DNA from: the human T2T-CHM13v2.0 reference genome, Homo sapiens
Assembly (NCBI RefSeq): GCF_009914755.1
Contig: NC_060947.1
DNA length: 64,000 bases
Strand: one strand, 5' to 3'
The translations under genes and the position numbers were made by a program. Shown here piece by piece: positions 1 through 13,831 of the stretch. The notes under the pieces are model-generated. The model searched no databases, was not told the origin of the DNA, and was given only the letters and a program-made list of their open reading frames with translations. Position 1 is the stretch's first letter. The number at the start of each line of letters is the position of its first letter.

Positions 1-30
1 CCTGGGCAACATAGCAAGACCCCATCTCTA

Positions 31-122
31 AATAATAATAATAATAAGAAGAAGAAGAAGAAGAAGAGGAGGAGGAGGATGAAGAAGAGGACAAAGAGGA
101 AGAGGAGAAGAAGAAGATGATT
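31..122 (+). repeat. Compound (AAT)n-(GAA)n-(GAG)n microsatellite derived from an Alu tail
   Basis: Follows an Alu fragment at 1-30; almost pure purine from 46 to 118. Confidence 0.9.
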
Positions 123-1252
123 TAACCTAAGTCAGGTGCTTAGAATTTGCTTCTGGGAAGTGTGTGACTCACAGGGCATATATAATATCTTCAACCAAAG
201 AGTGACTCTCTGATGACATAATCCAATTGTGGGACTGCCATTACCTCACCTTAGGCTGACTCATTTTAATGACATACAATGGGTGACATTAATGACATGT
301 GATAAACAATCACCAATGATTACCTAATAAAACCTCTTAAATCATGTAACACTTGATTATGAAAAAAATAGCAATAAAGAATGAAGACCTTGTTTTGTAC
401 TGCTAAGATGAAAATTGAAATTTAACATTTAGGATACACTCCAAAAGCTAGCAACTTAGCAATTCCTTCTGGCTGTGATTGAGGAATGGCCTCCTGTGAG
501 AGGGTGGGTCAGATGGATGACACAGAGTAAGGAAGAGCTAATTCTCAAGATTGCTCCTACACAAAAATATGAAGTCAGGAAATTTTGTCCATCTTCAATC
601 CCTCACATCCCTTTCTTGGCCTAGCCCCCTTCCTCTCACCCTCCCACTTCTCTTCCTTGTGTCCTCTCTATTGGAGAAAGGGATGGTCAGGGAAGGCTTC
701 GTGGTCACTGACTCTTTTCTGAACTCCTGGCTGTGATGCTGTGGTTATCCAGTTTGATTAAATCCGTTCAGACACTGCTCATGCAACCCAGACTTATAGA
801 AAAGGAATTTGTAGCAATGGTTCAAATTAATAGCTATAACAGAAATGTAGTCTCCAGGTAGACCAATGGATAATACATTCCTTCACTTGCAAGACAGCCT
901 GCTTATAATGCAGAAGAAAAATGCAACAGTTGGGATAGGCTAAGTTAGACTGTGGCAACAAACAACCCCATAACTTTGGCGGCTCACAACAGAAAAGAAT
1001 ATTTCTTGTTCACACTACATGTCTATCACAGCTCTGCTCCATTCTGTGTTCACTCAGGCCATTGAGGCAACAGGAAAAGAAAGATTATGAACTGCAGGAG
1101 AGGGGCACTGAAAGGAGTTGGGAGAAACAATATTTGGGGGAACAGTAATACGATCTACCAGAACAATTAATGGAATTATCTCTCTGAAAAGTCCCATGCT
1201 AAGAGTCAAAAAACCAGGTTCCACTTCTCTCTCTGCTGCCTAACCACTCTTA

Positions 1253-2264
1253 TATCGGGGGAACCCACCCCCAATATTTCAATGTAGGTTCTTTCTATTT
1301 TCCAAGTGTCAGCCAGTCTGAGAAATAAAGAGAAAGAGCACAAAGAGAGGAATTTTACAGCTGGGCCTCCAGGGGTGACATCACATATCGGTATGACAGT
1401 GATGCCCACCTGAGCCACAAAATCAGCAGGTTTTTATTAAGGATTTCCAAAGGGGAGGGGGTGTAAGAATAGGGAGTAGGTCACAAAGATCACATGCTTC
1501 AAAGGGCAAAAAGGAGAACAAAGATCACTTGCTTCTGAGGAAACAAGGCAAGGGCAAAATCAGAAACTCCTGATAAGGGTCTATATTCAGCGGTGCACGT
1601 ACTGTCTTGATAAACATCTTAACAGAAAACAGGGTTTGAGAGCAGAGAACCGGTATGACCAAAAATTTACCAGGCTGGAGTTTCCCAATCCTAGTAAGCC
1701 TGAGGGTACTGCAGGAGACCAGGGTGTACCTCAGTCTTTATCGCAACTGCATAGGACAGACATTCCCAGAGCTGCCGTTTATAGACCTCCCGCCAGGAAT
1801 GCAATTCTTTTCCCAGAGTATTAATATCAATATTCCTTGCTAGGAGAAGAATTTAGCGATATCTTCCCTACTTGCACATCCATTTATAGGCTCTCTGCAA
1901 GAAGAAAAATATGGCTCTTTTTGCCTGACCCCACAGGCAGTCAGACCTTTCGGTTGTCTTCCCTTGTTCCCTAAAATCACTGTTATTCTGTTCTTTTTCA
2001 AGGTGCACTGATTTCATATTGTTCAAACACACATGTTTTACAATCAGTTTGTACAGTTAACACAATTATCACAGGGTCCTGAGGTGACGTACATCCTCAG
2101 CTTACAAAGATAGCAGGATTAAGAGATTAAAGTAAAACAGGCATAAGAAATTATAAGAGTATTATTTGGGAAGTGATAAATGTCCATGAAATCTTCACAA
2201 TGTATGTTCCTCTGCTGCGGCTCCAGCCAGTCCCTCCATTCAGGGTCCCTGACTTCCTGCAACA
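1253..2264 (-). mobile_element. MER11 solo LTR (ERVK class)
   Basis: Minus strand starts TGTTGCAGGAAGTCAGGGACCC and ends TTCCCCCGATA, matching recalled MER11 termini; about 1.0 kb; 6-bp TSD CTCTTA/CACTTA. Confidence 0.85.
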
Positions 2265-2469
2265 CACTTAACCTTGGACAAATTAACCTTGAATCTCTCT
2301 GAGCTTCATTTTCCCAATGAAGAAAATAAGGGGATGGGGTCCCATGACTCTCAAGGTACCTTCCAGCTTGGAAGCTGTGTGACCAGAGGCTCCTGATGGC
2401 TAAAATGGGGACCTTCTCACCAGCCAGGACCTGGAGCACATCACCAGAGTTTTTCTCTAAAAACTCTTC

Positions 2470-2875
2470 TGAAAGACAAATATCATATGTTCTCACTTCG
2501 TGAAAACTAAAAAAGAAATTGAACTCATAGAGCTGGAAGTAGAATGATGGTTACCAGAATCTGGGAAGGGCAGCAGAGAGGGGGTATAAAGTGGGGATCA
2601 CTGATGGGTACAAAAAATACAGTTAAATAGAATGAATAAGATCCAGAATTTGGTAGCACAATAGGGCAACTATAGTTAACAATAATTTATTGTATATTTT
2701 AAAATAACTAAAAGAGTGGAATTGGTGAAAACAAAGAAATGATAAATGCTTGAGGCGATGGATATCCCAATTATTCTGATGTGATCATTAAACATTGTAT
2801 GCCTATATCAAAATATCTCATGTACCTCATAAATATGTAATTATATACCCATAGTAATTAAACATTTTTAAAAAG
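2470..2875 (+). mobile_element. L1M 3' end fragment
   Basis: GAAAGACAAATATCATATGTTCTCACT ... GTAGAATGATGGTTACCAGA ... A-rich tail. Confidence 0.75.
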
Positions 2876-3432
2876 GAAAACACAATAAAAATAAAAACTC
2901 TTCTGGCTCTATCAGAAGGTACCTTATTTGTGCTATAAAAAAACCTGATGTCTCAACTGGGATTCCACATCCAAACCCCAGAACACAGAAGATTATTTGA
3001 ATGACTTTGTTCTCAATTCTCCCAAGAAGAGTTGATAATGAGTACCAATCTAGAAGGTTCTTCCGGGATGAAAGTTACAGGAAATAAGTTAATTCATTGT
3101 GTACAATGGATGTTCATAGTGCACTTGAGTCCAGTTCTCTCTTGGAACCCATTTGAGAAAGGCTATAATTGTTTCCTGCAACTTTTCTTTGGAGTTGGAG
3201 GAGCTCCACTCAAGCTTCTCCAAACATTGTGAGAAATTCCATGCCCTCCCCAAATGTCTGCAAATTCCTAGGAGCTCATGATTTTGAGGCCACTTCTCAA
3301 TAAGATTTCCAGCTCTTGCTGAGTCCCACTCATACATTTCTTCCTATTCTGTTATCTCATCTCTGTCCAGGTGGGAAATGCAGCTCTGTATTCTTTTGCT
3401 TATCCCAAAATCAAAATGATTCTAAATCATGT

Positions 3433-3890
3433 TGTCTTCATTCGTTTTGTGTTGCTATAACCAAATACCACAGACTAGGTAATTTATAAAGAAAACAAAT
3501 CTATTTCTCATGGTTCTGAATGCTAGGAAGTCCAATGTAAAGGTGCTGGCATCTTGTGAGGGCCTTCCTGCTGTGTCTCCCCATGGCAGAAGGAGGAAAG
3601 TGGAAGGGCAAGAGAGCACACACATGTGCACACACGAGAAAGACTGAGAAGGAAAGAGAGAGATAAAGAGAAAGAAAGAGAGGTGGAAGGGGGCCCAAAT
3701 CATCCCTTTTATCAGGAACCCACCCTCAGGATAACTAACCCACTCCCACTATAAGGGCATTAATCCATTCATGAGGACAGAGCCCTCACAGCCTAATCAC
3801 CTCTTAAAGGTGCCACCTCCCAACACTGTTACACTGGCAATTAAGTTTCCAGTACATGAACTTTGGGGAACACTTTCAAATCATAATACC
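3433..3890 (-). mobile_element. MaLR LTR (MST/MLT1A-like)
   Basis: GTTGCTATAACCAAATACCACAGACTAGGTAATTTATAAAG ... CATGAACTTTGGGG, typical MaLR LTR motifs. Confidence 0.7.
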
Positions 3891-5848
3891 ATAACATATG
3901 TATTCCAAAAGTTAAAACCACAAACTAACAAAATAGATCCTTAATGCTGTGTTCCCTCAATGTTTAATCCTTATGTTCTTCTAAGTGAATACTGTAATTC
4001 TTTCTTTTTTATTTTTTAAGAGACAGAATCTCACTCTGTCACCCAGGCTGGAGTGCATTGGTGCAATAATAACTCACTGCCACCTGTAATTCCTGGCCTC
4101 AGGTGATCCTCCTGCCTCAGCCTCCTGAGTAGCTGGGACTACAGGTGTATGCCACCATGCCCAGCTAACTTTTTAGGATCTCACTATGTTTCCTAGACTG
4201 GTCTCAAACTCATGGACTCAAGCAATCCTCCCACCTCAGCCTCCCAAAGTGCTGGGAATACAAGCACGAGCCCAGCCCATTCTCTTTCTTTTTACATCAC
4301 CTGAATCTTAATCCAGTTGAACACCTATTCTATCTGACTCCCCTTGTTTTCAAAATGTATACTCAAATTGCTTTTCAAAACTGTAAAAATTTGTTTACAA
4401 ATACAAGAGTCTCCAACCTTGTGGATCCCAACACAATTTCCGGAAAGAGATGGGATGGGAGATCTTGGATTGCACTCATGAATAAGAAAGCTGGTAAAAC
4501 TGATGTGCTAAGAACTGAGGCAAATTGACATTTGGCTCTGGCTTGTAGCTGCTCTCCTCCTTTCTTCCCAAATGAGTGGTTTCAGTGAATGTTAAATGTT
4601 TTATTTCAAAGTTTTTTAAGTCTGTGGTATCATTTATACATCAATTTCAACAGCAAACATTCCAAAAAGGCATATAAGTTTATAGCAAATATTATATACT
4701 GGACAACCTTGTTCTAAGAGGCCTCCATCCTCCCACCACTGGGAATTTCTCACAGGTCTTCTCTCCTCACAGAATCTGGCCTCTGGCCATGTTGTTCATT
4801 CACGCTTTCTCACTCTCACTCTCATACTTGCCTTTTCATTCATTTGCTCTCTCACCCTCTACTCCCCTTTTCCTCTTTCCTCTGTCTTAAGTCACCCCAG
4901 GAATTCCTATCCATTTCTATGTAGGCAATTTCGCCTATATTTTTGTTGCCTTCTTCCATTCAATGTCCAAGTGCTTCATCTTCCATCTCCCAAGCAGCCC
5001 ATCAAAAGATTTTAGACCCTTCCTAAATTCAAATGCCATGGGTGTAATCAAATTTTTACCTTGCTGTGCTAGCTTAAAAGGAATCATTTGGAAGAGGTAT
5101 AAATACTCTTGCTATGATAGGTTTGACCAACCTTAGCAACCATGTCACCAAGTTTCTTATCAGTGACCCTAGCCTCCCAGTATTTGGGAACTGGGCTTTC
5201 TGTTTTGGTTCTCTTTTTGTTGCATACAAACCATTCTAAAAATCTAGTGGCTTGAAGAATGACCATTTCATTTTCTTTCACCAGTTCCTTGGTTGACTGG
5301 GCTCAGCTGGGTGGTTCTCTTGCTCCACATGATGTCAGTTGGGACTATAGTCATCTGGGAGCCCAGCTGGTCTGGAACATTCAAGATGGCTCACTCACAT
5401 GTCTGGCAGTAAATGCTGGCCGTCCATGAGGATCTCAACTGGGGCTGTTAACCAGTGTACACCAGTTTTCCTTCATGTAGCTTCTCCATGTGGCTCAGGC
5501 TTCTCACAGCATGCTGACTGGGATATAAAAGGGAGTGTCTGAAGAACAAACATTCCAAGAGAAGAAAGCATAAGCTGCCAGTCCTCTTAATGACCAGGCC
5601 CAGAAATCCCAGAATGTCAGCATAAAGCCACTCACAAGTCCAGCTCAGATTCACAGGGAAAGAAAATAAGTTCTATCCTAGATGTAAAGAGTGACATATG
5701 TATAGAAGAAGGGAAGGAACTGTGGGGCCATCTTTAGAAACTAGTTAGCACATTGTCCATAACTCCCAAGCACTCAGTGCCTGCTTCCCCAGTACCTGCT
5801 GTCAGCTAACTGTGAAGACTAGATTTTGAACAATCTTCTGATTACCTG

Positions 5849-6481
5849 TGCAAACCAAAACAGGTGTCTAAGATGGGTCTCAATCAATTTACAGGTTTAT
5901 TTTGCCAGGGTTGATGATGTGCGCAGGAAGAAGAGACACAAGTCACAGCAGAATCGATGGCCTGCACTTTTTCTAAAGAGAGTTTTGAGAGCTTCTTATA
6001 TAAAGAGGGAAAAGTGGGCAGAAGAGGAAATAAGAAAGAAAAAAAAAGAGGGAGGGTATGTAGTGAGGTGAGTGGTCACATTCTTATGAGGCTTTGATTA
6101 GCAATCACTGAATCCACAGGTTGCATGTGAAAGGAGAGAGTAGAGGAACAATTACATTCCTTTTGTGCTCAGTAAATCTGCATTTTATGTAAGGCAAAGT
6201 AAATATAGAGTAGGGGAAGAAGTGAAGTATTTGTCTCGGGGTGGGTGGAGGGAAAATTTCTAGTCTTGTCTTTGTCCCCCACCTGTGAGGATAAGCTGTT
6301 AATGTACATTTTCAGCATGAAGGAGTCTACCTGGGGAGATATGTGGCCTTCTATATTGCAGCCATCTGTTTAAGAACAAAAATAAAGAGAGTATTTTTTT
6401 TTCTGTGACTCAGCTTCCAAGCTTAACTATTCCCTTTTGTATAGTGAATTTGGGGTCCTGAGACTGTATTTTCCTTTCACA
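5849..6481 (-). mobile_element. MER4-group solo LTR (ERV1)
   Basis: Minus strand starts TGTGAAAGGAAAATA; TG...CA termini; 4-bp TSD CCTG on both sides. Confidence 0.75.
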
Positions 6482-8959
6482 CCTGAAACAGTCTTGCCAT
6501 ACTGACATTGTGGATCTTGAGCTATCCAAAGACAGTCCTATCCTCCCAGTCCTTTCCTTGTACACCAACCTTTTGGGTTGAGAATTTGTTGATAAAACTC
6601 CTGAAATGTTTTTCTGCTTCCATTCTTATTTTTAGACTCTGACAGTATCCTTCAGGATACAGTCTAGAAAACAGAAACCAAACCAGTAGTTTTAACAGAG
6701 AAAAGTGAATATAGGAATTTAGTAAAGCAGCTGTTGAAGGGCTGAAAAAGCAAAAACAGAACACTGAAGTAACACAAAGACAATAAACTGCAGGAATCAG
6801 CTACCAACCCTGGGGCTGGGGAAATAAAGGGGAGAAGTTAGAGCTGGGTGGTTCTCTTGCTGCCAGCTCTATGAGAAGCTCAAATGAGGGGCTCTATGGA
6901 GCTGGGACCCAGACCTCTGAGGAGGGGGAGCTGCCTGGCAGAGGCTGGTGCCTCAGAAGCTAAGAAGAGGGTCTTATGTAACTGGGACACAAGCCTCTGA
7001 GGGTAGCATCAGAGGCTGGCTCCAGGAGTGCTAAAAAACACCTGGAAAGTGGAGCCAATTTGCTGGGATCAACTGCTGCTGACAAAGCAAAGTGCAATTG
7101 ATGGGCTGATGCTGAAAGACACAGGAAGCAGACAGGAAGGAGCATCCTTTCTCCTTTGTCCAGCTTTGCAGTCTCTCTCTAGTGTCCCTCCAGACAAAGC
7201 CTAACAGGGACATCTGGCAAAGCAGAAAATGTCCTATGCAGAGTCCCATCCCCAGCATCACAAAGAAAAGTGTGGAATTGAGAAACAATGGCTTCATAAC
7301 CTGCACACTGCTTTATCCTGAGTGGCAAGGATTTAGTTAAGTTATTTTATTTCCATGAATGATGTTTATAATATTGTTTGTGGGGACTGGTGTGGGGAGA
7401 AGAGCACAGGAACTGCTAAATCTGTGAGTGAAATGTACTTTCACCTACACCCCAGGGGCAGCTAGTTAACATTGAAGGGCTCTAGCAGCTAGTTAACATT
7501 CCAGGGTGGCTGTGCAAACATGGCCATCTGAATCTGCCCTGGGGTTTTTACATTAATTTAAGGGGTGTTAGAAACAATGTCTCACTGATAGAATGAGTGG
7601 TGTTCCAGGTATATTATGGGCCAGAAAGATTGCATGGGACTCATAGCTGTGGCATAAATGAAAAAGAAGAATCCAGCACACTCAGCAGCCTACCAACCTC
7701 TAGGCCCAGCATTGTATTTGATCTTGTGTTCCATTCCTTTCATAAAGGACAGTGGGGCCTGATCAGACTAAAAAGCCTTGCTTACCTGTCTTCAAAATAT
7801 TGTGGAGTCTGCCTTGGATTAAATAAACCTTTGGTGCTTGTCGGAATGCCTAAAGAACTGAGAGTAAGGTTACTGAGCTCACACAAACAGGTTGCTGTTT
7901 TGTGACTGTTCACTCTAAGTATTTGCATGTTTAGCAGAATTTGGTCTATGGCTTACTTTTACAGTTAAATCCCACCTGGTTGTGGGGTAGGACATACAGA
8001 ACATTCACCTATCTCTGATAGTATTTCCCTGTATTAACCAAAGAACCTGGCAATTAGCAAGCAGCCACACAGGATTAGGTTCACTCACAAGAGCTCTAAC
8101 CATGCTGACGGTGGTGACAGCATCACCAGTGAGAGAACCCCAAGAAGAAGGGAATATTTAGGGGGACCAAGTCAGAACAGCATGGTCAGCAGATCATGCA
8201 TCCATGAAAATTCTCCTTCCATGGCTTCTCCCCAGAACTTTGGAAATGAGTGTGTTGGGAAACCACTTCTTCACCTTCCAGTTCATTGTCCTCTAGTACT
8301 CCAGATCCTGCTACCACCCCTCCCTCCACCTTCATCTCACTCTCCCTCACCACTCCTCACCGGGGCCCTGCCCTGCTGGGGCTCCTCCCTCTGGATATTG
8401 AACAATTCCCACCTGGACTTTAGGAGGTTCACTCTCAAAGTGGGTGAGAAAATGGGCAGAGGGGAAGTCCCCAAGGCCATTTTTAAGTTCAAGCAGCTGT
8501 GCTGAGAGTTTCAGGGCAACTTTTGAAATAATTGGGAGATAAAGGGTCACAACACAAAGGATGGAAGATATTATACATTTTGAAAGAGGCTAATCATGCT
8601 AACTAGAGTTCCCAATATCCCTGCTTGAGTGTTTAAAATGTGGTTCCCTGAGGCCGAGGCGAGTGAATCACTTGAGGTCAGGAGTTCGAGACCAGCCTGG
8701 CCAACATGATGAAACCCCGTCTCTACTAAAAATACAAAAAAGTTAGCCGGGCATGGTGGCGCACGCCTGTAATCCCAGCTACTCAGAGGCTGAGGCAGGA
8801 GAATCACTTGAACCCAGGAGACGGGGTTTGCAGTGAGCCAAGATCACACCACTGCACTTCAGCCTAGGCAAAAGAGCAAGACTCCGTCTCAAACAACAAC
8901 AACAACAACAAAATATAGTTCCTGAAGCCTCTTCATAACCCTCTGCCATTATACCCCAA

Positions 8960-8982
8960 CAGACAGACACACAGACACACAG

Positions 8983-9013
<31 letters not shown>
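8960..9013. repeat. (ACAG/AC)n-(CT)n microsatellite
   Basis: Directly visible. Confidence 0.9.
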
Positions 9014-9016
<3 letters not shown>

Positions 9017-11126
9017 CAATGGGATTACTGATATCATTTGAGAAACAATCTATTTTCTGTTGACAATCATGCCCTTAAGTTAGCCAGGAAAGTCAGGACA
9101 AATTTTTAAAGGATCAGGCTTTACACAAGAAGAAATTCAGGAAATAAAAAATAAATGTACAAGACCTATATACTGTAACCTACGATGATTTGGGCCTTTA
9201 GGGGAAATGAAAACCATTTGGCACCTTCAATCGTGATTTCTGTTCTAATGTTTGGCCAGGATGGGATTTTCTAGAGCATTCGTGCAGTTAATTAAATATA
9301 TTATTATGTTGGCTATGTTTCTCTTTCAATATAAGAACCCAGCTCCTAGAAAACATTTGCCTGAAATGAGTCCAAATAGTTTAGGCCTCAGAAGCAAATC
9401 CATTTTGACTAATAAAAGACTAATTTTCTAAATAAAGCAAGATGGCTTTTTCTTAATTGAGAATCTAATTGTGAAATCCTATATCCTTAAATCTAGCAAA
9501 TTACTAGCATAGACATTTCTAAGCCTATGTAACTTGGATCAGATTTCTCATCATCAAAAAAAGGAATAATTTCTCTATCATCAAAATTCAAAATGAGCTG
9601 CAAGAACACTGGCCTCAGCTGGCAATTACCTCTTGAAGTAAACAAGTCCATATGCTGGGACCTTGGAAGATTTGGGTCTCTTCCATTACTTTTCATTCCC
9701 CCTACATCCCCTCGCCCTCCCACCCCACACCACCCGCCAGCCAATCACTTTCAAATCCTTAATCGGCCTTCTTGTCCGCCCTTTACTGGGGACCAGAAAT
9801 GGCTTCTGCCTTTAATGAGATTTTCTTCGTCAAATTTCAGAGACAAAACGTTATTGTTCATATTTTCATGCAGAGCAGCTAATCAGGTGTGACTGATCCA
9901 GTCTCCCAGCCCTTAAGCCAGTATCGCATAAATTGACACACACTAAAAACAAAAATTAGCATGTAACATATGGATCTCTTTACTCAGAAATGCATCGATT
10001 AAGAATTACTCTTCTGGTTATAAACAAATAACTTGGAACACTGTATCTTACAAGGGCAGATCCTACCACTCTGTCCTGGAGGAGATGCCTTTGTCCCTTG
10101 GCATTGAATCAGCCATAAGAGCTGATCATTATTCAGGCTGCATCCTTTGAATTGTTGCAAACATTATCAGCCCAGTTCTGTCTTTTTTATTATAGCCACA
10201 GGACACAGTCTCTCTTCAAGCTGCTAGGGTCACCTGTAGGCTGTCCTGCAATGTAGTGTGTGCATGACAAAATTCTAACAAAGGGGAGATTTTGTGTAAT
10301 AAACAGCAGAGAGCAGAAAGGACTTTGAAAAATGCAAAGGCTGTGCACATATTTCATTCCCATAAGTCTCAAGGATATGTCAATACATTAGACTTCTCAA
10401 AATAAATTCCTTTAAGCAGATCCTGAAACCAAACTGTATTCTCGGTTGTTTGTTCTCACTCGTGTATACATTCATTAAATAAAAACAAAACGAGTACTTC
10501 TTATATGCCAGACACTATATTAGGTGCTGGGAACAGGAGGGTAAAATAGAGTCACAGTCCCAACCTCAGGATAGTCTTAATCTAGCAGGAGAAACAGTCA
10601 ATGAAATAAGAAAAAACAATGCTTGTGATAAAGGCTCTGATATTATAAAATCAAGTGCTAGAGCTTTGGCAATGCAGACAAGGAACAACTAATTCATTCC
10701 TACTAGAGATAATATTCATACTGCTGACCAGGAGAGGTAGACACCCCAGGGTGAGTGGGAGTGGGAACAGAGGGGTGGGAAAGATGAGAAAAGAATGGGT
10801 CAGGACAAAGCAATAGCATGTATAAAGCCTTGAAAGTGAGAAACGGCATGCTCCATCATGGGAACTGAAAGATGACAAGAACAGAGTTAAGAGAATATAG
10901 TGAAGGGAAGAAGTTGCAAAAGAAAATGGAAAAACAAGAAAAAAAAAAGATTGTGAAGGGTTTTGGACTTGGCTCTAAGATCAAGGAAAAGTGGAGTCGA
11001 TTGGATTATTTTGCCCAATTCTTCACTCCCTTTATGTTACAGAGCTGCCATTCTTTGCCCTTGCCATGGCTTCATGGTGGTCTGTGTATTTCTCTGCCCC
11101 TTGACTTTGGGTTAACAATGTGACTC

Positions 11127-11521
11127 TGATATTGTTTGGATATTTGTCCCCGCCCATATCTCATGTTGAACTGTAATCCCCAGTGTTAGAGGTGGGGCCT
11201 GATAGGAGGTGTTTGGATCATGGGGGAGGATCCCTCATGTCCTGGTGCTGTTCTGGAGATAGTGAGTTCTCATGAGATTTGGTTGTTTAAAAGTGTGGCA
11301 CCTCCCTCCCTTCTCTTCCTCCTGCTTTTGCCATATAATGTGCCGGCTCCCCATTCAACTTCCACCATGATTGTAAGCTTCCTGAGGCCTCCCCAGAAGC
11401 AGATGCTGGTGCTATGCTTCCTTTCCAGCCTGCAGAAGTGTGAGCCAATTAAACTTCTTTTCTTTATAAATTACCCAGTCTCAGGTATTTCTCTATAGCA
11501 ATGCAATAATGGCCTAATACA
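11127..11521 (+). mobile_element. MST (MaLR) LTR inserted in an older MLT-like LTR
   Basis: TGATATTGTTTGG ... CCAATTAAACTTCTTTTCTTTATAAATTACCCAGTCTCAGG ... CTAATACA; flanking GACTC direct repeat. Confidence 0.75.
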
Positions 11522-12933
11522 GACTCACTTTGGCCAATGGAATGTTAACATTCAGAGAAGGCTGGCAGAAGCTATGAATGAGCTTGCACCATTTGGCTTG
11601 CCTTTTCATACCCCTGCAATCTTCTATACCCAGCATATGCTTTAGATTAACTGCTGCCCCTTCTGCCTGAAGTCCAGTCTAACTGAACCTAGCCTTAGTG
11701 AGCCAAACGGCCACCAACCTTCATGCCTGAAAACACGGAAATGAGTATTTATGTAAACCACTGAGATTTGGGGATGTTATATAACAGAAACTGACTAAAG
11801 TATAAAACCATGGCAAAATTTTCAAGAGAGGGTGACACGGCCATAGTTGTATTTTAAAATGCTCCCTGGCTCCATTATAGAGACGGAGGAAGAGAAGACC
11901 TGTTGGAGGAGTTGCAGCGACCAATTGGGAGAAGGCTTTGTTAATCCAGAGAGAGATAATGATGGCCTTGCCTAGGGTGTCAGTGGTAGGGGATGGAAAG
12001 AAGCACTGATTCCTGTTTAGTATTCCTTTAGTGCGGTGTTCATTTTTGTGGATTTTTTCTTTTTAATATAAAATCTATTTTCCTCTAAGACCAAGATAAG
12101 CACAGTCTCTCGAAGCCATTAGAGCTCAACAACTCCTTTAGCAGTCCAGCTTCATTTATTCATTCATGTATTCATTCTACTGACATTTATTGAATGCCTG
12201 CCATGTGTTAGAATACTAAGATATGGCACCCCTGCCATCCAAAAGCCCACAGTTCAGAAAACAGAGACAGACATGTAAATAAATAATTACAATAATATGT
12301 TGTAAGTATTGTAATATACCATAATAAAAGTGAGGATAAAGCCTAGAGGAATGTAAAGGAGAACACGATCCTTTACTGTATTAATGTTCCTGGAGACATT
12401 TATATTCACTCATGTTGGCAGGGGTCTTTGTTTTATTCAGATATATCCCAGGTGCCTAAGAGAAAATGTGTAACACCCAGTAGTTGTCTGATAAATATTT
12501 GGGTTTTGTGCTTAGTTTCCTGATTTTCGGCTCAGCTTCACCCTTCTGTCTTTCTGGTCTGGACCGCCTCAGATAGGACCCCTATTGAACTGAGATGATC
12601 CACAGTTTCACATACCAAAGACAGAGTAGGATGGAGACTGAGAAGACACTGCATTGGGTCACTAGGAGGTTGTTACTGGCTTTTTGTTTTTTTTTTTAAG
12701 ACAGAGTCTCACTATATTGCCCAGGCTGGCCTTGAACTCCTGGGCTCAAGCAATCTTCCTGACTCAGCATCTGGACTAGCTGGGACTAAATGCGCATGCC
12801 ACCACACCTGGCTGCTACTGACTTTTAAGGGCAGTTTTGATAGAGCGCTAGGTTTGGAAACCACACTACAAGCAAAAGCTTCCTCATTGTGCTTCTTTGG
12901 GTTTTAAATTCTACATCAGTGAGGATTAGACTA

Positions 12934-13831
12934 TGATATGGCTTGGATCTGTGTCCCCACACAAATCTCAGGTTCAATTGTGATCCCCAATATTGGAAGT
13001 GGGGCCTGATGGGAGGTGACTGGGTCACAGGGGTGGGCTTCTCATGAATGGTTTAGCACCACCCTCCTTGGTACTGTCCTCACAATAGTGACTTCTCATG
13101 AGATCTGGTCGTTTAAAAGTATGTGGAACCTCCCCTGTCACTCTCTCTTGGTCCTGCTCCTGCTCCTGCCATGTAAGGAACTGGCTCCCACTTTGCCTTC
13201 CACCATGATTGGAAGCTTCTTGAGGCCTTCCTAGAAGCAGAAGCCATTATGCTTCCTGTATAGCCTGCAGAGCCATGAGCCAATTAAACATATTTTATTT
13301 ATTTTTATTATTTTATTTATTTATTTATTTATTTTACTTTAAGTTCTGGAATACATGTGCAGAACATGCAGGTTTGTTACAGAGGTATACATGTGCCATG
13401 GTGGTTTGCTACAGCTATCAACCCATCATCTAGGTTTTAAGCCCTGCATACATTAGGTATTTGTCCTAATGCTCCCTCCCCTTGCTCCCCACCCCGCAAC
13501 AGGCCCTGGTGTGTGATGTTCCCCTCCTTGTGTCCATGTGTTCTCATTGTTCAACTCTCACTTATGAGTGAGAACATGCAGTGTTTGGTTTTCTGTTCCT
13601 CTGTTAGTTTGCTGAGAATGATGGTTTCCAGCTTCATCCATGTCCCTGCAAAGGAAAAGAACTCATTCCTTTTTTATGGCTGCATAGTATTCCATGGTGT
13701 ATATGTGCTACATTTTCTTTATCCTGTCTATCACTGATGGGTATTTGGGTTGGTTCCAAGTCAACATCTTTTCTTTATAAATTACCTGGTCTCAGCTATT
13801 TCTTTATAGCAATGTGAGAATGAACTAATAC
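12934..13831 (+). mobile_element. MSTA-like LTR split by a minus-strand L1PA 3' end (about 13291-13762)
   Basis: TGATATGGCTTGG ... CCAATTAAACAT, then a T-rich tail and L1PA 3'UTR (ACATGTGCAGAACATGCAGGTTTGTTAC), then AACATCTTTTCTTTATAAATTACC ... ACTAATACA. Confidence 0.8.

Larger units (their letters stand above)
4002..12812. mobile_element. Alus at about 4002-4278 -, 8648-8912 + (5'-truncated), 12682-12812 - (monomer)
   Basis: Alu consensus motifs. Confidence 0.85.
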
